Source: Bacteroidia bacterium (GTDB lineage Bacteria > Bacteroidota > Bacteroidia > Palsa-965). Taken from it: a stretch of DNA of 64,000 nt. This document shows positions 20,230-31,204 of the stretch, piece by piece. A program made the position numbers and the translations under genes. The notes under the pieces were generated by a model that saw only the letters and a program-made list of their open reading frames with translations, was not told the DNA's origin and searched no databases. The DNA is taken from positions 24 through 64,023 of the forward strand of contig JALONL010000026.1 in the NCBI GenBank assembly GCA_025454955.1, written 5' to 3'. Numbering within the stretch: position 1 is the first letter of the stretch; every line of letters begins with the position of its first letter.

Positions 20230-21474
20230 ATGAGAGACCTGTTCGACAAGATCAGAGAGAATCGCGGCCCGCTCGGCAAACATGCCAAAGAGTCGCATGG
20301 TTATTTCACCTTCCCCAAGCTCGAGGGCGACATCAGCAACCGCATGATTTTCCGCGGCAAGGAGCGTTTGGTTTGGAGCCTGAACAACTACCTCGGCCTG
20401 GCCAACCACCCCGAAGTGCGCAAGGCCGATGCCGACGCCGCTGCCCAGTACGGCTTTGCCCAGCCTATGGGAGCCCGCATGATGTCGGGCAACTCCAACT
20501 TCCACGAACAACTGGAAGCCGGTCTTTCCGAACTGGTTAAAAAGGAAGATACCATCCTTTGCAACTTCGGCTATCAGGCCATGGTGTCGGCCATCGACTG
20601 TTTGGTTGACCGCCACGACGTGATTGTGTATGATGCCGAGTCGCACGCATGCATTATCGACGGTGTGCGCCTGCACATGGGCAAGCGTTTTGTGTATCCG
20701 CACAACGACATTGCCAACCTCGAAAAGCAGCTTGAGCGCGCCACCAAATTAGTGGAAGGCACCAACGGCTCCATCCTCGTGCTTACCGAAGGCGTGTTTG
20801 GCATGAGCGGCAACCAGGGCAAGCTGAAAGAGATTGTGGAACTGAAAAAGAAATTCACCTTCCGCCTGTTTGTGGACGATGCACACGGCTGCGGCACAAT
20901 GGGCCCCACAGGCGGCGGCACCGGCGAAGCACAGGGCTGCCAGGACGGAATTGATATTTACTTTGGCACCTTTGCCAAGTCGTTTGCGCTCATTGGCGGC
21001 TACATTTCATCTACCGAAGACGTGGTAGAATACCTGCGCTACAACATGCGTTCGCAGATTTTCGCCAAATCGCTGCCCCTGCCGCTGGTGGTGGGCCTGC
21101 TCAAGCGTCTGGAACTCATGAACAAGCACCCCGAACTGCGCCAACAGCTCTGGAATGTAACCAACGCCCTGCAAAGCGGCCTGCGCGAAGCCGGTTTCAA
21201 CATCGGCACCACTTCGTCGCCCGTTACGCCGGTGTATCTGAACGGCTCCATTCCCGAAGCCACCAACCTCATCCTCGACCTGCGCGAAAACTACAACATC
21301 TTCTGTTCGATGGTGGTGTATCCGGTAATTCCGAAAGGCCAGATCATTCTGCGCCTCATTCCCACCGCCGTACACACCCTCGACGATGTGAAATACACAG
21401 TTGATGCGTTCTCGGCGATCCGCAACAAACTTGTTTCGGGCCAGTACCAGAGCGAGAAAATTGCCGCATTTTAA
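20230..21474 (+). CDS. PLP-dependent alpha-oxoamine synthase, probable cysteate acyl-ACP transferase (sulfonolipid synthesis)
   Basis: NNYLGLA, HACIIDG, VDDAHG and PLP-Lys TFAKS. The N-terminus DLF..I..N.GPLG...GYF.FPKLEG resembles, from recall, the Bacteroidota capnine-synthesis subgroup. Confidence 0.75.
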   Translation: MRDLFDKIRENRGPLGKHAKESHGYFTFPKLEGDISNRMIFRGKERLVWSLNNYLGLANHPEVRKADADAAAQYGFAQPMGARMMSGNSNFHEQLEAGLSELVKKEDTILCNFGYQAMVSAIDCLVDRHDVIVYDAESHACIIDGVRLHMGKRFVYPHNDIANLEKQLERATKLVEGTNGSILVLTEGVFGMSGNQGKLKEIVELKKKFTFRLFVDDAHGCGTMGPTGGGTGEAQGCQDGIDIYFGTFAKSFALIGGYISSTEDVVEYLRYNMRSQIFAKSLPLPLVVGLLKRLELMNKHPELRQQLWNVTNALQSGLREAGFNIGTTSSPVTPVYLNGSIPEATNLILDLRENYNIFCSMVVYPVIPKGQIILRLIPTAVHTLDDVKYTVDAFSAIRNKLVSGQYQSEKIAAF

Positions 21475-21495
21475 TTTTTTCACACACACGCACAC

Positions 21496-21531
21496 ACAGG
21501 CTGCCCGTAAAAAGGCAGCCTGTTGTTTTTT
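21496..21531 (+). terminator. Intrinsic terminator
   Basis: ACAGGCTGCC...GGCAGCCTGT followed by a T-run. Confidence 0.75.
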
Positions 21532-21772
21532 GCCGAAGGCTGCGGAAAGTTTTCTCCGGCAAAGCCGGATAAACTTTCCGCATACCTGAAACAAGTCTGT
21601 GACTTGTTTCCCCAAAAAAATCGCCGGAAAAAATAAAGGTTAACAAACCCGTCAAACCATTACCATTTCATTATCTCCCCTTCACAATTTTTACAACTCA
21701 CTGTTGCCGCTAAATGCGTATCTTCACCGGAATTTTGTGCAGTATTACTGCGATTATCTCTTAACCTAATCA

Positions 21773-23206
<1,434 letters not shown>

Positions 23207-23236
23207 TTACAGTAATCCCTATTGCAATATAACATC

Positions 23237-24883
23237 ATGAACAAAGGACTAAAAATCGGTCTCATTGCCGGCGGCAGCGTAATGCTGCTTGGTGCGGCTG
23301 CTTTATTTATCTGGCTCAAATTCGGCAAAACCGACGCCCATTTGCGCCTCATCCCAAAAGAAGCCACCACGGTTGCCATTATCAATGTGCGCAACCTGTT
23401 TACCAAAGCCGACCCGAAAAAACTCATGCTCCTGCCCGTGTTCCAGAAATCAATGAACACCGGAAGCATGAGCCCTGAAATGAAAAAACTCATGCAGGAT
23501 CCCACCGACCTCGGTGCCGATATTACGCAGAACATTGCAGGCTTTATAAACCAGCGCGACGGTGTTACCACCTCCGGATTAGTATTTAAAATAAACGACG
23601 GCGGGCGCTTTGCCTCGGCCATTTCGAAAATTGGCGGATATACCCGCCCCAACAAAGTAGACGGAACCTGGTACATTCCCATAGAAAGCTACGTGGGCCT
23701 TTGCTGGAACGACGAAGCGGGCGTACTGTTTATCGGCAATGCACTCATTGACGAAAGCAACCAGCAGCAGGCCGAGCGTTTGCTGCACCAGCCGGAGGAA
23801 TATTCCATACTCGACAACCCGAACTACAAGGCTTTTGCCGCGCAGGATTTCGACATTGGCCTGATGGTGGACAATAACGTGGTGCAGCGCAATGCGGGCG
23901 ATAATTCGTGGATGGATATGTACAATATGTTTGGCTCGCCCACGGGATGGAGCGATGTATTGATAAATTTTGAAGAATCCACGGTTGACATTCGCTCTAC
24001 CGTGCATCAGGGCGATGTACAAACCAGCGTGCTGCGCTCCTCAGGACCCGAAGCCAATCACCTGCAGGCACTGGCCGATAAAAACCCGATTGGTTTCCTG
24101 AGTGCGGCACTCGACCTGAAAGCATTGCTCACACAGCTTCGCGCCGATGCCAATATGAAACGCAATCTCGAGTCGATTGAAGACGAGTTGGGAATGCCCA
24201 TGGAAGACCTGCTGCGCAGTTTCAGCGGCGATATGTCGCTTGCACTTACCGACTACCGCAACATTATGGATGAAGATCCGCTGCTGAAAGCCAAAATGGA
24301 AGCCATGCGCAAAACGTATCTGGAATTCAACAGCCGTTTCGACGGTTTCGAAAGTGATGAAGAATTTGAATATCCTTCGGTGCTGGAAGTGCCGGTATTT
24401 GTGCTGAATCTGGGAATAAAAGACACCGTGATCCCGTCGAAACTGGTGCGCGAAGAGTTCCGTATGCAGCGCACAGATGAAGGTTTTTACAGCGGTGCAT
24501 CGGGCATGGGAGCCAATGTGTATGTGGCCATGAAAGGTTCGCACATGATTGTAACCAACAGTTACGGCACCGCCGCCGAACTTATGCGCAACGGAAAACT
24601 GCAGGGCAAACCGGCTGCCGATGTGGACGTAAAAGGCCCGCTTACCGGCCGCTTTGAACTCACGCCCGAAAAAATGCCGGTATCGTTTACCGAAATGCTC
24701 AAGAAAGATATGGGCAATGCCAGCTACATGCGCATGACCCGTATTTCCAAACCACTGCAATACATCAGTCTGAGCGGCGAAGGCAACACCAATGTGCTTA
24801 AACTGCATGTGGCCCCCGGCGATGGCGGCAACACACTCTACCGCCTGCTGGTACACGCTGCCGAGGTGGCGAATACATTATAA
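23237..24883 (+). CDS. Membrane-anchored periplasmic protein (DUF4836-like)
   Basis: N-terminal TM, HLRLIPKEA, first gene before an ABC ATPase and permease. Confidence 0.6.
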   Translation: MNKGLKIGLIAGGSVMLLGAAALFIWLKFGKTDAHLRLIPKEATTVAIINVRNLFTKADPKKLMLLPVFQKSMNTGSMSPEMKKLMQDPTDLGADITQNIAGFINQRDGVTTSGLVFKINDGGRFASAISKIGGYTRPNKVDGTWYIPIESYVGLCWNDEAGVLFIGNALIDESNQQQAERLLHQPEEYSILDNPNYKAFAAQDFDIGLMVDNNVVQRNAGDNSWMDMYNMFGSPTGWSDVLINFEESTVDIRSTVHQGDVQTSVLRSSGPEANHLQALADKNPIGFLSAALDLKALLTQLRADANMKRNLESIEDELGMPMEDLLRSFSGDMSLALTDYRNIMDEDPLLKAKMEAMRKTYLEFNSRFDGFESDEEFEYPSVLEVPVFVLNLGIKDTVIPSKLVREEFRMQRTDEGFYSGASGMGANVYVAMKGSHMIVTNSYGTAAELMRNGKLQGKPAADVDVKGPLTGRFELTPEKMPVSFTEMLKKDMGNASYMRMTRISKPLQYISLSGEGNTNVLKLHVAPGDGGNTLYRLLVHAAEVANTL

Positions 24884-24889
24884 CGAATT

Positions 24890-25531
24890 ATGCAGATTAC
24901 GCTCAGCCAGGTTCTCCCCCGCCCCCTTGCCGACTCGCCTTTGGTACAGGGCAGCGTGTGGAAATCGGAATGCACCATAAACAGCAGCGAAAGTTTGTTC
25001 GTGCAGGCCCCCTCGGGCACAGGCAAAACCACACTGGTGTCGTTGCTCTACGGCCTGCGCAGCGATTACGAAGGCACGATAAGCATTGACGGTACCGACA
25101 TACGCCGCATTTCGCTCAACGGCTGGGCCGAACTTCGCCGCCTCAAAATTTCGGCGGTGTTTCAGGATCTAAGGCTTTTCGGGCAGCTAACGGCGCTCGA
25201 AAACATTCACCTCAAAAACAACCTCACCGGCGCACTCACACCCGACGAAATTGCCGGTATGGCTAAGGCGCTGGGCGTAGATCATCGTCTTAACCAAAGC
25301 TGCGGCACACTTTCGCTGGGGCAGCAGCAGCGCATTGCCGTAATACGCGCACTGGCACAGCCGTTTGAACTGCTTCTGCTCGATGAGCCGTTCAGCCATC
25401 TCGACGACAACAACGCCGCCATTGCCGCCAATCTCGTTACCGAACACTGCGCCCGACGCAATGCAGGTTTGGTGCTTACCAGTCTGGGCGGTTCGGCTCA
25501 TTTCAGTTTCACCCGTCAACTCATTATCTGA
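24890..25531 (+). CDS. ABC transporter ATP-binding protein
   Basis: APSGTGKTT, LSLGQQQR, LLLDEPFSHLD. Confidence 0.92.
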   Translation: MQITLSQVLPRPLADSPLVQGSVWKSECTINSSESLFVQAPSGTGKTTLVSLLYGLRSDYEGTISIDGTDIRRISLNGWAELRRLKISAVFQDLRLFGQLTALENIHLKNNLTGALTPDEIAGMAKALGVDHRLNQSCGTLSLGQQQRIAVIRALAQPFELLLLDEPFSHLDDNNAAIAANLVTEHCARRNAGLVLTSLGGSAHFSFTRQLII

Positions 25532-26736
25532 TGCTGCGCCGTCTTCTCTTCCAGCACCGCCAAACAGGTACGCTGATTGTGGCCATAACCGGGGCATTCA
25601 TTGGCATGTTTCTGCTGCTGGCTGCCTTGCAGTTGTACAGCGATGTGTCGAAAATTTTCGGCAGCGGGCAAAACCTCAACGGCACGCAGTATCTGGTAAT
25701 CAATAAAAAAGTAAACCTGCTCAACACGCTTTTCGGTGGAAAAAAAGGGTTTGAACAGGCCGATCTTGCCGCCCTCAAAGCCATTGAAGGCGTACAAAAT
25801 GCCGCGCCGCTTACCACCAGCCGTTTCAAGGTAACGGTAAGCACCGAAGACGGTCAGCAGGGCCTGCCGGGCATGTACAGCCAGATTTTCTTTGAAGCCG
25901 TGCCCGACGGATTTATGGATGTAAAAACCAGCGACTGGCGCTGGAAAGAGGGCGACCGCGAAGTGCCCATCATCATTCCCCGCGATTACATCAGACTTTA
26001 CAACTTCGGCTTTGCCCCCACGCAGGGCCTGCCGCAGCTTACCGAAGAAGTGCTGGGCCTGTTCAGCGTAAATGTAAACGTGAGCGGCCCCAAGGGCTCG
26101 GCCACCTTCAAAGGCCGGCTGGTGGGTTTCAGCGACAGGATAAACAGCATTCTTGCCCCGCAGGGATTTATTGATTATGCCAATGCCACTTACTCCGGCA
26201 TTGCGCCCGGCAGCGAAGTACCCAGCCGCGTAATTGTGGCCTGCGAAGGCCGCGGCATGGGCAAACTGGCCGCCTACTTTGCCGACAATGGCTACGAAAC
26301 CAACGCCGAAAACCTGCGCAGCGGCCGCCTGCAGGCTGCGCTCAATGTGCTTATGACCATAATTTCGGCCATAGGCATACTCATTGTGCTGCTGGCCCTG
26401 CTTAGCTTTTTGCTGTATGCCCAGCTGATGCTCAGCAAATCGTCGTGGGAGCTGCAAACGCTGATACGCATTGGCTACACACCGGCGCAGTTGTGCAAAC
26501 GCTACATTCTTTTTTACGCCCTGGTGTATGCCGGTGTGCTGGTGCTGGCCCTGCTGTGCGTATGGCTTGGCAAACCCCTGCTGGGCAATTACCTCGCCTC
26601 GCAAAGCCCCGATTTACAGCTCGAAGGCGGCATGAGCCTGAACGTGGTGCTGGCCGGTTTTGCCTGCGCGGCCGTGTTTACGGGTGCCAATTTGCTGGCC
26701 ATCTGGCGCGGATTAGTAAAGCTGGCCCGCAGTTAA
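25531..26736 (+). CDS. FtsX/MacB-like ABC permease
   Basis: One N-terminal TM, large periplasmic loop and three C-terminal TMs; coupled to the ATPase. Confidence 0.75.
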   Translation: MLRRLLFQHRQTGTLIVAITGAFIGMFLLLAALQLYSDVSKIFGSGQNLNGTQYLVINKKVNLLNTLFGGKKGFEQADLAALKAIEGVQNAAPLTTSRFKVTVSTEDGQQGLPGMYSQIFFEAVPDGFMDVKTSDWRWKEGDREVPIIIPRDYIRLYNFGFAPTQGLPQLTEEVLGLFSVNVNVSGPKGSATFKGRLVGFSDRINSILAPQGFIDYANATYSGIAPGSEVPSRVIVACEGRGMGKLAAYFADNGYETNAENLRSGRLQAALNVLMTIISAIGILIVLLALLSFLLYAQLMLSKSSWELQTLIRIGYTPAQLCKRYILFYALVYAGVLVLALLCVWLGKPLLGNYLASQSPDLQLEGGMSLNVVLAGFACAAVFTGANLLAIWRGLVKLARS

Positions 26737-26822
26737 AATGCCGTTTCTGGCTTGATTTTTGCACATCTGGCAAGGAATTTGTCCCCTCCAAATTTGCTAT
26801 ATTTACCCGGCAAACCACACGT

Positions 26823-28418
26823 ATGAAACAGCTTCTTACACTTGCATGGCTCGGCATTTCGGCTTTGGCAATGGCCCAGACACCGGCACAAAAACCGGCG
26901 CAGAAACCACAAACTTCTGCCACCAAGCCAACAGCCGTTCAAGGCTCGGCCGCAAAACCGGCACAAACGGCCACCAAGCCCGCTCCCGCAAAAACCACTG
27001 TACCTCCTGCAAAACAGCTTAACCTGAAAGTGCATGTAAAAGGCGCTTCGGAAGGTAGTGCCGTGCTGGCCAATTATTTCGGCGATAAACAATACATACA
27101 GGACAGTGCCAAGGTTGATGCCAACGGTAACATGGTATTTAAAAGCACCGAAAAGCACGATGCCGGCATTTACATTCTCCAGTTTCCCACCGCCGCCGGG
27201 CCCAAATATTTCGAAGTAATCCTGCTCGACGGGCAAATGAACTTTTCGCTCGAAACCGATACTGCCGATCTGGTGGGGAAAATGAAAGTAACCGGTTCGA
27301 AAGAAAACGAAGTGTTTCAGGAACACAATCTCTATCTCTCCAAAAAATCGAAAGAGATGGAAAAGCTGCAGGTTGAATTGAAAAAGGCCACCGAAGCAAA
27401 AGACTCCACCGAAGAAAAGAAAGTGCGCGAAAAAATTACCGCCCTCGACAGCGAAGTAAAATCATACAAGCGCGAATTTTACCAGAAAAAATATCCCGAC
27501 AGTTTCTTCTCCAAGGTGCTCCGCGCCATGGACGAGCCCGACCTGCTCCCCTACGACAAATGCCCGCGCCTGCCCAACGGCAATATCGACTCGGCCTACA
27601 ACAACCGCAACTACAAGCAGCACTACTGGGATGGATTTGATTTCAGCGACGGGCGTATGCTGCGCACACCGGTATATCACAACAAACTGAAATTTTACCT
27701 CGAAAAAATTACCTCGCCCGAACCCGATTCCATTATCAAAGCCGCACACTGGATTATTGCACAAACCAACGACAGTGATTTGTTTAAATACGCAGTGCAT
27801 TACGTAACCTACAACTACGAAGTATCGAAGGTAATGGGCTACGATGCTATTTTTGTGAATATGGTGCAAACCTATCACATGAAAAATAAAGTATGGTGGC
27901 TGAATGACACTCAGAAAAAGAAAATCATTGAGCGCGCCGAAAAACTTAAATTTACCCTGATCGGTGCCACCGCTGTAGACATAGAATTGCCCGACAGCAA
28001 CGGGGTATTACGCCGGCTTCATTACGTAAATGCCGATTATACCATTGTTGTTTTCTGGGAGCCCACCTGCGGGCATTGCAAGCATGATTTACCGGTGATA
28101 AAAACCTATTACGATTCACTGCGCGCGGCAGGAGTATCGGTAGAGGTGTATGCCATTAATGCCGAGTATGATTCTCTTTCGTGGGAAAAATTTATCCGCG
28201 ATAATAAACTGACGTGGATTAATGTAATGTCGGCCGATCCGCAGCTGGTAGGCAAATACAAGTATTTTTACGATGTGTACAGTACGCCCACGCTCTACAT
28301 ACTCGACAAGCAGAAGAAAATTTTTGCCAAGCGTCTCGATGCCAAAGGCGTGGAAGCTTTCCTCAACCGCCGCATCAACGACGACCGCAAAAAGGCCAGA
28401 CAAAACACGCCAAAATAA
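26823..28418 (+). CDS. Exported thioredoxin-like (TlpA/redoxin) protein with DUF5106-like domain
   Basis: Signal peptide at 26823, HYWDGFDFSD, C-terminal WEPTCGHC (CxxC). Confidence 0.8.
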   Translation: MKQLLTLAWLGISALAMAQTPAQKPAQKPQTSATKPTAVQGSAAKPAQTATKPAPAKTTVPPAKQLNLKVHVKGASEGSAVLANYFGDKQYIQDSAKVDANGNMVFKSTEKHDAGIYILQFPTAAGPKYFEVILLDGQMNFSLETDTADLVGKMKVTGSKENEVFQEHNLYLSKKSKEMEKLQVELKKATEAKDSTEEKKVREKITALDSEVKSYKREFYQKKYPDSFFSKVLRAMDEPDLLPYDKCPRLPNGNIDSAYNNRNYKQHYWDGFDFSDGRMLRTPVYHNKLKFYLEKITSPEPDSIIKAAHWIIAQTNDSDLFKYAVHYVTYNYEVSKVMGYDAIFVNMVQTYHMKNKVWWLNDTQKKKIIERAEKLKFTLIGATAVDIELPDSNGVLRRLHYVNADYTIVVFWEPTCGHCKHDLPVIKTYYDSLRAAGVSVEVYAINAEYDSLSWEKFIRDNKLTWINVMSADPQLVGKYKYFYDVYSTPTLYILDKQKKIFAKRLDAKGVEAFLNRRINDDRKKARQNTPK

Positions 28419-28445
28419 AACCGCAGCGCCCGCGTTTGCATCTAT

Positions 28446-28679
28446 ATGAACCGCATTCTCCTTTTCTTTGCCGCAGTATCGCTGGTATTCTTTGTATCGT
28501 GCCGTTCGCGCCGCGACGGGCCTACCAACGAATACAAAAATGCCAAAACGCATACGAGCGAAACCATTCTGAAAGACCATCAGAAGGCGCAGAAACGGGC
28601 CGAGCGTGCAGCAAAAAAGCAGGGGAAGAAAACGAAGAAGCGGATGAATAAACGCAATGGCGATTTCTTTAAGAAGTGA
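28446..28679 (+). CDS. Small basic lipoprotein
   Basis: Lipobox-like FVSC followed by a Lys-rich helix. Confidence 0.55.
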   Translation: MNRILLFFAAVSLVFFVSCRSRRDGPTNEYKNAKTHTSETILKDHQKAQKRAERAAKKQGKKTKKRMNKRNGDFFKK

Positions 28680-28750
28680 GTAGAGCGAAACTTCCGCCAC
28701 ATTTCTCCCGATACCTAATTTTTACCAAAGCCGCTTCAACCTCCTGAAGC

Positions 28751-28920
28751 CCCAAAATCCGCATTTAACTGATTTCCCCCTAATATAGCTGAAAAAATCG
28801 CAGGTCTGCTAAAATGCCTGTTGTTATTGATTTGTAGGGAATTTCAGGCTTTGGGGAAATATCGCAGCACCAAATAACCGGGACTTTTTAAAGGAAAATC
28901 CGCAAGGTTGAAAAGGGCAA
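28751..28920 (+). repeat. Left terminal inverted repeat with subterminal boxes
   Basis: CCCAAAATCCGCA; GCTGAAAAAATCGCAGGTCT (28788..28807); ATCCGCAAGGTTGAAAAGGGCAA (28898..28920). Confidence 0.9.
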
Positions 28921-28928
28921 AAAAAATA

Positions 28929-28962
28929 GCCGGGGTAAACTATTTGTGTAGTTTTCCCCGGC
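28929..28962 (-). terminator. Terminator downstream of the transposase
   Basis: GCCGGGGTAAACTA / TAGTTTTCCCCGGC imperfect stem, with a T-run on the minus strand. Confidence 0.65.
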
Positions 28963-28973
28963 AAAATCAAAAA

Positions 28974-30296
28974 TTATTCCCGTGTTATCCATCTGCGTAA
29001 CCCTGCAAAAGTATCGTGCAGGTTCATTAAATCAACTTTCCAACCGTTCGGGCTTTTCTCCCAGTGAAGCATCACCGGTTTGATAAACCGGGCTATAAAG
29101 ATTTTTAACCGGTAATTATCACGAATAAACGGCGTGTATGTGCTCAACTGTTCTAAAGTATATTCATAAATACATTTAGCCATTGCAGAAACATACAGGA
29201 AAACCAAATTTGCGTTCATATCCGAAAACGGCACACGCGACCAGTTAAAATCGTTCAACAGGTCGCGGAAATTGTTTTCAGAATCTCCCCGCTGATCGTA
29301 AATAGCGATAACGTCTAAATCAGACATTTCGTAATTGACAGTACCGGGTATTTTCTCAAAGTGATTGGTAATAATACCGCGATACTGATACTCTATTTCA
29401 TTAGGCTGAATTGATTTGTTATACCTTGAAACGACAAAACGAAATTTGTTATTATCGTTAAACGGGTAAAACTCAACCGATGAAATTTCTTCTGTACGTC
29501 CGTGCAGCTCTACGGTTTGCCAAGATGCAATTTTAAAATCGTCTTTCATTTCTTCCGTGTTATGAACGCGGATAAAAAACTTTTTTCCGATTTTTTGCAG
29601 GTAGTAAATAATCTCCTTTTGATAACTGGCTGCATCCATTCTGATAGCCCAGGTTTTTATCTGGTGGTTATCAAGACGGGTAAACAAATCTTCTAACGCC
29701 TCTTTGATTTTATAGCTTGCCGAAGTGTTGCCGTTTCGTGCTTCAATGTTAACGGGTATTTTACCGATCATTGAAACGGCGGGGCTATATCCTAAAAAAC
29801 CTTTGTAGGTGTGTTTACAGTCGAACTTTTCAGCCGGTATAGTAGTACCGTCGTAATCAATCATGTACTTTGAATTTGTGTTGAGCAGTCCCAACCGTTT
29901 ACACAAACTCAGTAAAAGATCATTCAGCAACGGGTTACGGTTAAATTCGTGTTCAATTTGGCTATCAGGGTTTTTAAACCGGTTTACTTCTGTTCCAAAA
30001 CTGCGAAACACCCGGCTAATCTGATCGGGGGAACACAATTTTGCAACGGGTATTTTATCAAAACTTGCTTTGATGTTTTCGGTTTCAATATCCTGTAAAC
30101 GTTGAGCGCCGCACAGGTTCGCATATATCCAACCTAAAAATATATCACTGTTTTTATAGGTTGATTGTTTGGGACGTTTTCCTAAATAGGAATCAAAAAG
30201 ATCGGGGACATTCAGCCGTAACATTTGCTGAATCACTAACCCGATGCCCTGAAAATTTGCTGCATGATTTGCATTATATTTTTTATCGGGTTTCAT
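28974..30296 (-). CDS. IS1380-family DDE transposase
   Basis: 440 aa with IDYDGT (D), IRMDAASY (D), Y-DQ-R-GDS-E (E), TYKGFLGYSP, EARNGN and PFSDMNAN, matching Bacteroidota IS1380-type transposases. Confidence 0.88.
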   Translation of the reverse strand: MKPDKKYNANHAANFQGIGLVIQQMLRLNVPDLFDSYLGKRPKQSTYKNSDIFLGWIYANLCGAQRLQDIETENIKASFDKIPVAKLCSPDQISRVFRSFGTEVNRFKNPDSQIEHEFNRNPLLNDLLLSLCKRLGLLNTNSKYMIDYDGTTIPAEKFDCKHTYKGFLGYSPAVSMIGKIPVNIEARNGNTSASYKIKEALEDLFTRLDNHQIKTWAIRMDAASYQKEIIYYLQKIGKKFFIRVHNTEEMKDDFKIASWQTVELHGRTEEISSVEFYPFNDNNKFRFVVSRYNKSIQPNEIEYQYRGIITNHFEKIPGTVNYEMSDLDVIAIYDQRGDSENNFRDLLNDFNWSRVPFSDMNANLVFLYVSAMAKCIYEYTLEQLSTYTPFIRDNYRLKIFIARFIKPVMLHWEKSPNGWKVDLMNLHDTFAGLRRWITRE

Positions 30297-30311
30297 TGGT
30301 AAACGTATTTT

Positions 30312-31133
30312 TTATTCTTCAAAATCGTTTTTCAGTAGTTGTATCTGGTCGGCATCTTCGGCATAAATAACAATGTTCATAGCCTGTTGCCAGATACGGG
30401 AACTTTTGCCGGTTAAACGGTGCTTATCTTCGTTGAGTGAATAGACTTGTGTTAAACCTCTCAGGTCTAAGTTTTGGGCTAATTCGTTGAATTTATCAGG
30501 CATTTCGGGGGTATCTGCAAAAGGAGCAAAAACAACGGTATTTACTTTTAAAAACCCTTTCGGGTTTATCAGTTGGTGTTTCCAGTCGCTTCGTTTTTCT
30601 GGTAAGAAATGCAGTACTTTAATCAGGTCTGTATTGCTTTCGGTAGTGACGTTAAACTGTTCGGCTATCTCATCAAATGAGCCAACCGTATCGGGTGAAA
30701 TTAACAGGCTGTTTTGTGTGTTATTTAGTTCTGCGGTGAGTTCAATTATCACCCGTTGCAGGGTAATTTCATCGGCAGCGATCACACCAATTTTAGCACC
30801 GTTTACAGGTTTTCCCAAACGTTCACGCCAAACGTTGGAACGAATTGTAACAAGTTCAGGCGGTGATTTTACCGGGTTAATCCGGCCTAACTCTGTTTGT
30901 TCGTTTTTTTGCTTCACTTTCCCTAACCCGTCAACGGTTGTTCTATCACGATTTGCCGGTAATGCAAACGGGTGTGTAAGATTATCCAACGCACGAAACA
31001 AAAGATTTTCAGCTATTTTTTCCGGTACGGTTTGTTCTCCGTTGAGTTGTTGGGTTAACTCAGCGTATTGCATCAGCCGTTCGTAATATGTGGCGGGAAT
31101 AGATAGCGTTAATTTTTTAGGTTCTGTTGACAT
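30312..31133 (-). CDS. Hypothetical protein: RHH-like N-terminus plus degenerate RecA-fold domain
   Basis: KKLTLSIPATYYERL looks like a ribbon-helix-helix. The C-terminus parallels that of the upstream ATPase but has no Walker A. Confidence 0.5.
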   Translation of the reverse strand: MSTEPKKLTLSIPATYYERLMQYAELTQQLNGEQTVPEKIAENLLFRALDNLTHPFALPANRDRTTVDGLGKVKQKNEQTELGRINPVKSPPELVTIRSNVWRERLGKPVNGAKIGVIAADEITLQRVIIELTAELNNTQNSLLISPDTVGSFDEIAEQFNVTTESNTDLIKVLHFLPEKRSDWKHQLINPKGFLKVNTVVFAPFADTPEMPDKFNELAQNLDLRGLTQVYSLNEDKHRLTGKSSRIWQQAMNIVIYAEDADQIQLLKNDFEE

Positions 31134-31151
31134 AGTGTAAAGAGTTAAAAA

Positions 31152-31184
31152 ATCACTGCTGCCGAAATTTCCGGCAGCAGTGAT
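31152..31184 (-). terminator. Intrinsic terminator
   Basis: ATCACTGCTGCCG / CGGCAGCAGTGAT stem with a T-run on the minus strand. Confidence 0.75.
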
Positions 31185-31204
31185 ATAGCGTTAATTCAGT
31201 GCCT

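Noticed and set aside
26445-26822. Upstream extension of the redoxin ORF
   Set aside because: It overlaps the permease gene; a clear signal peptide begins at the ATG at 26823.
28974-30296. Simple stand-alone IS1380 insertion
   Set aside because: No inverted repeat or target duplication lies upstream of the transposase; the matching end and duplication are at 54239..54256.
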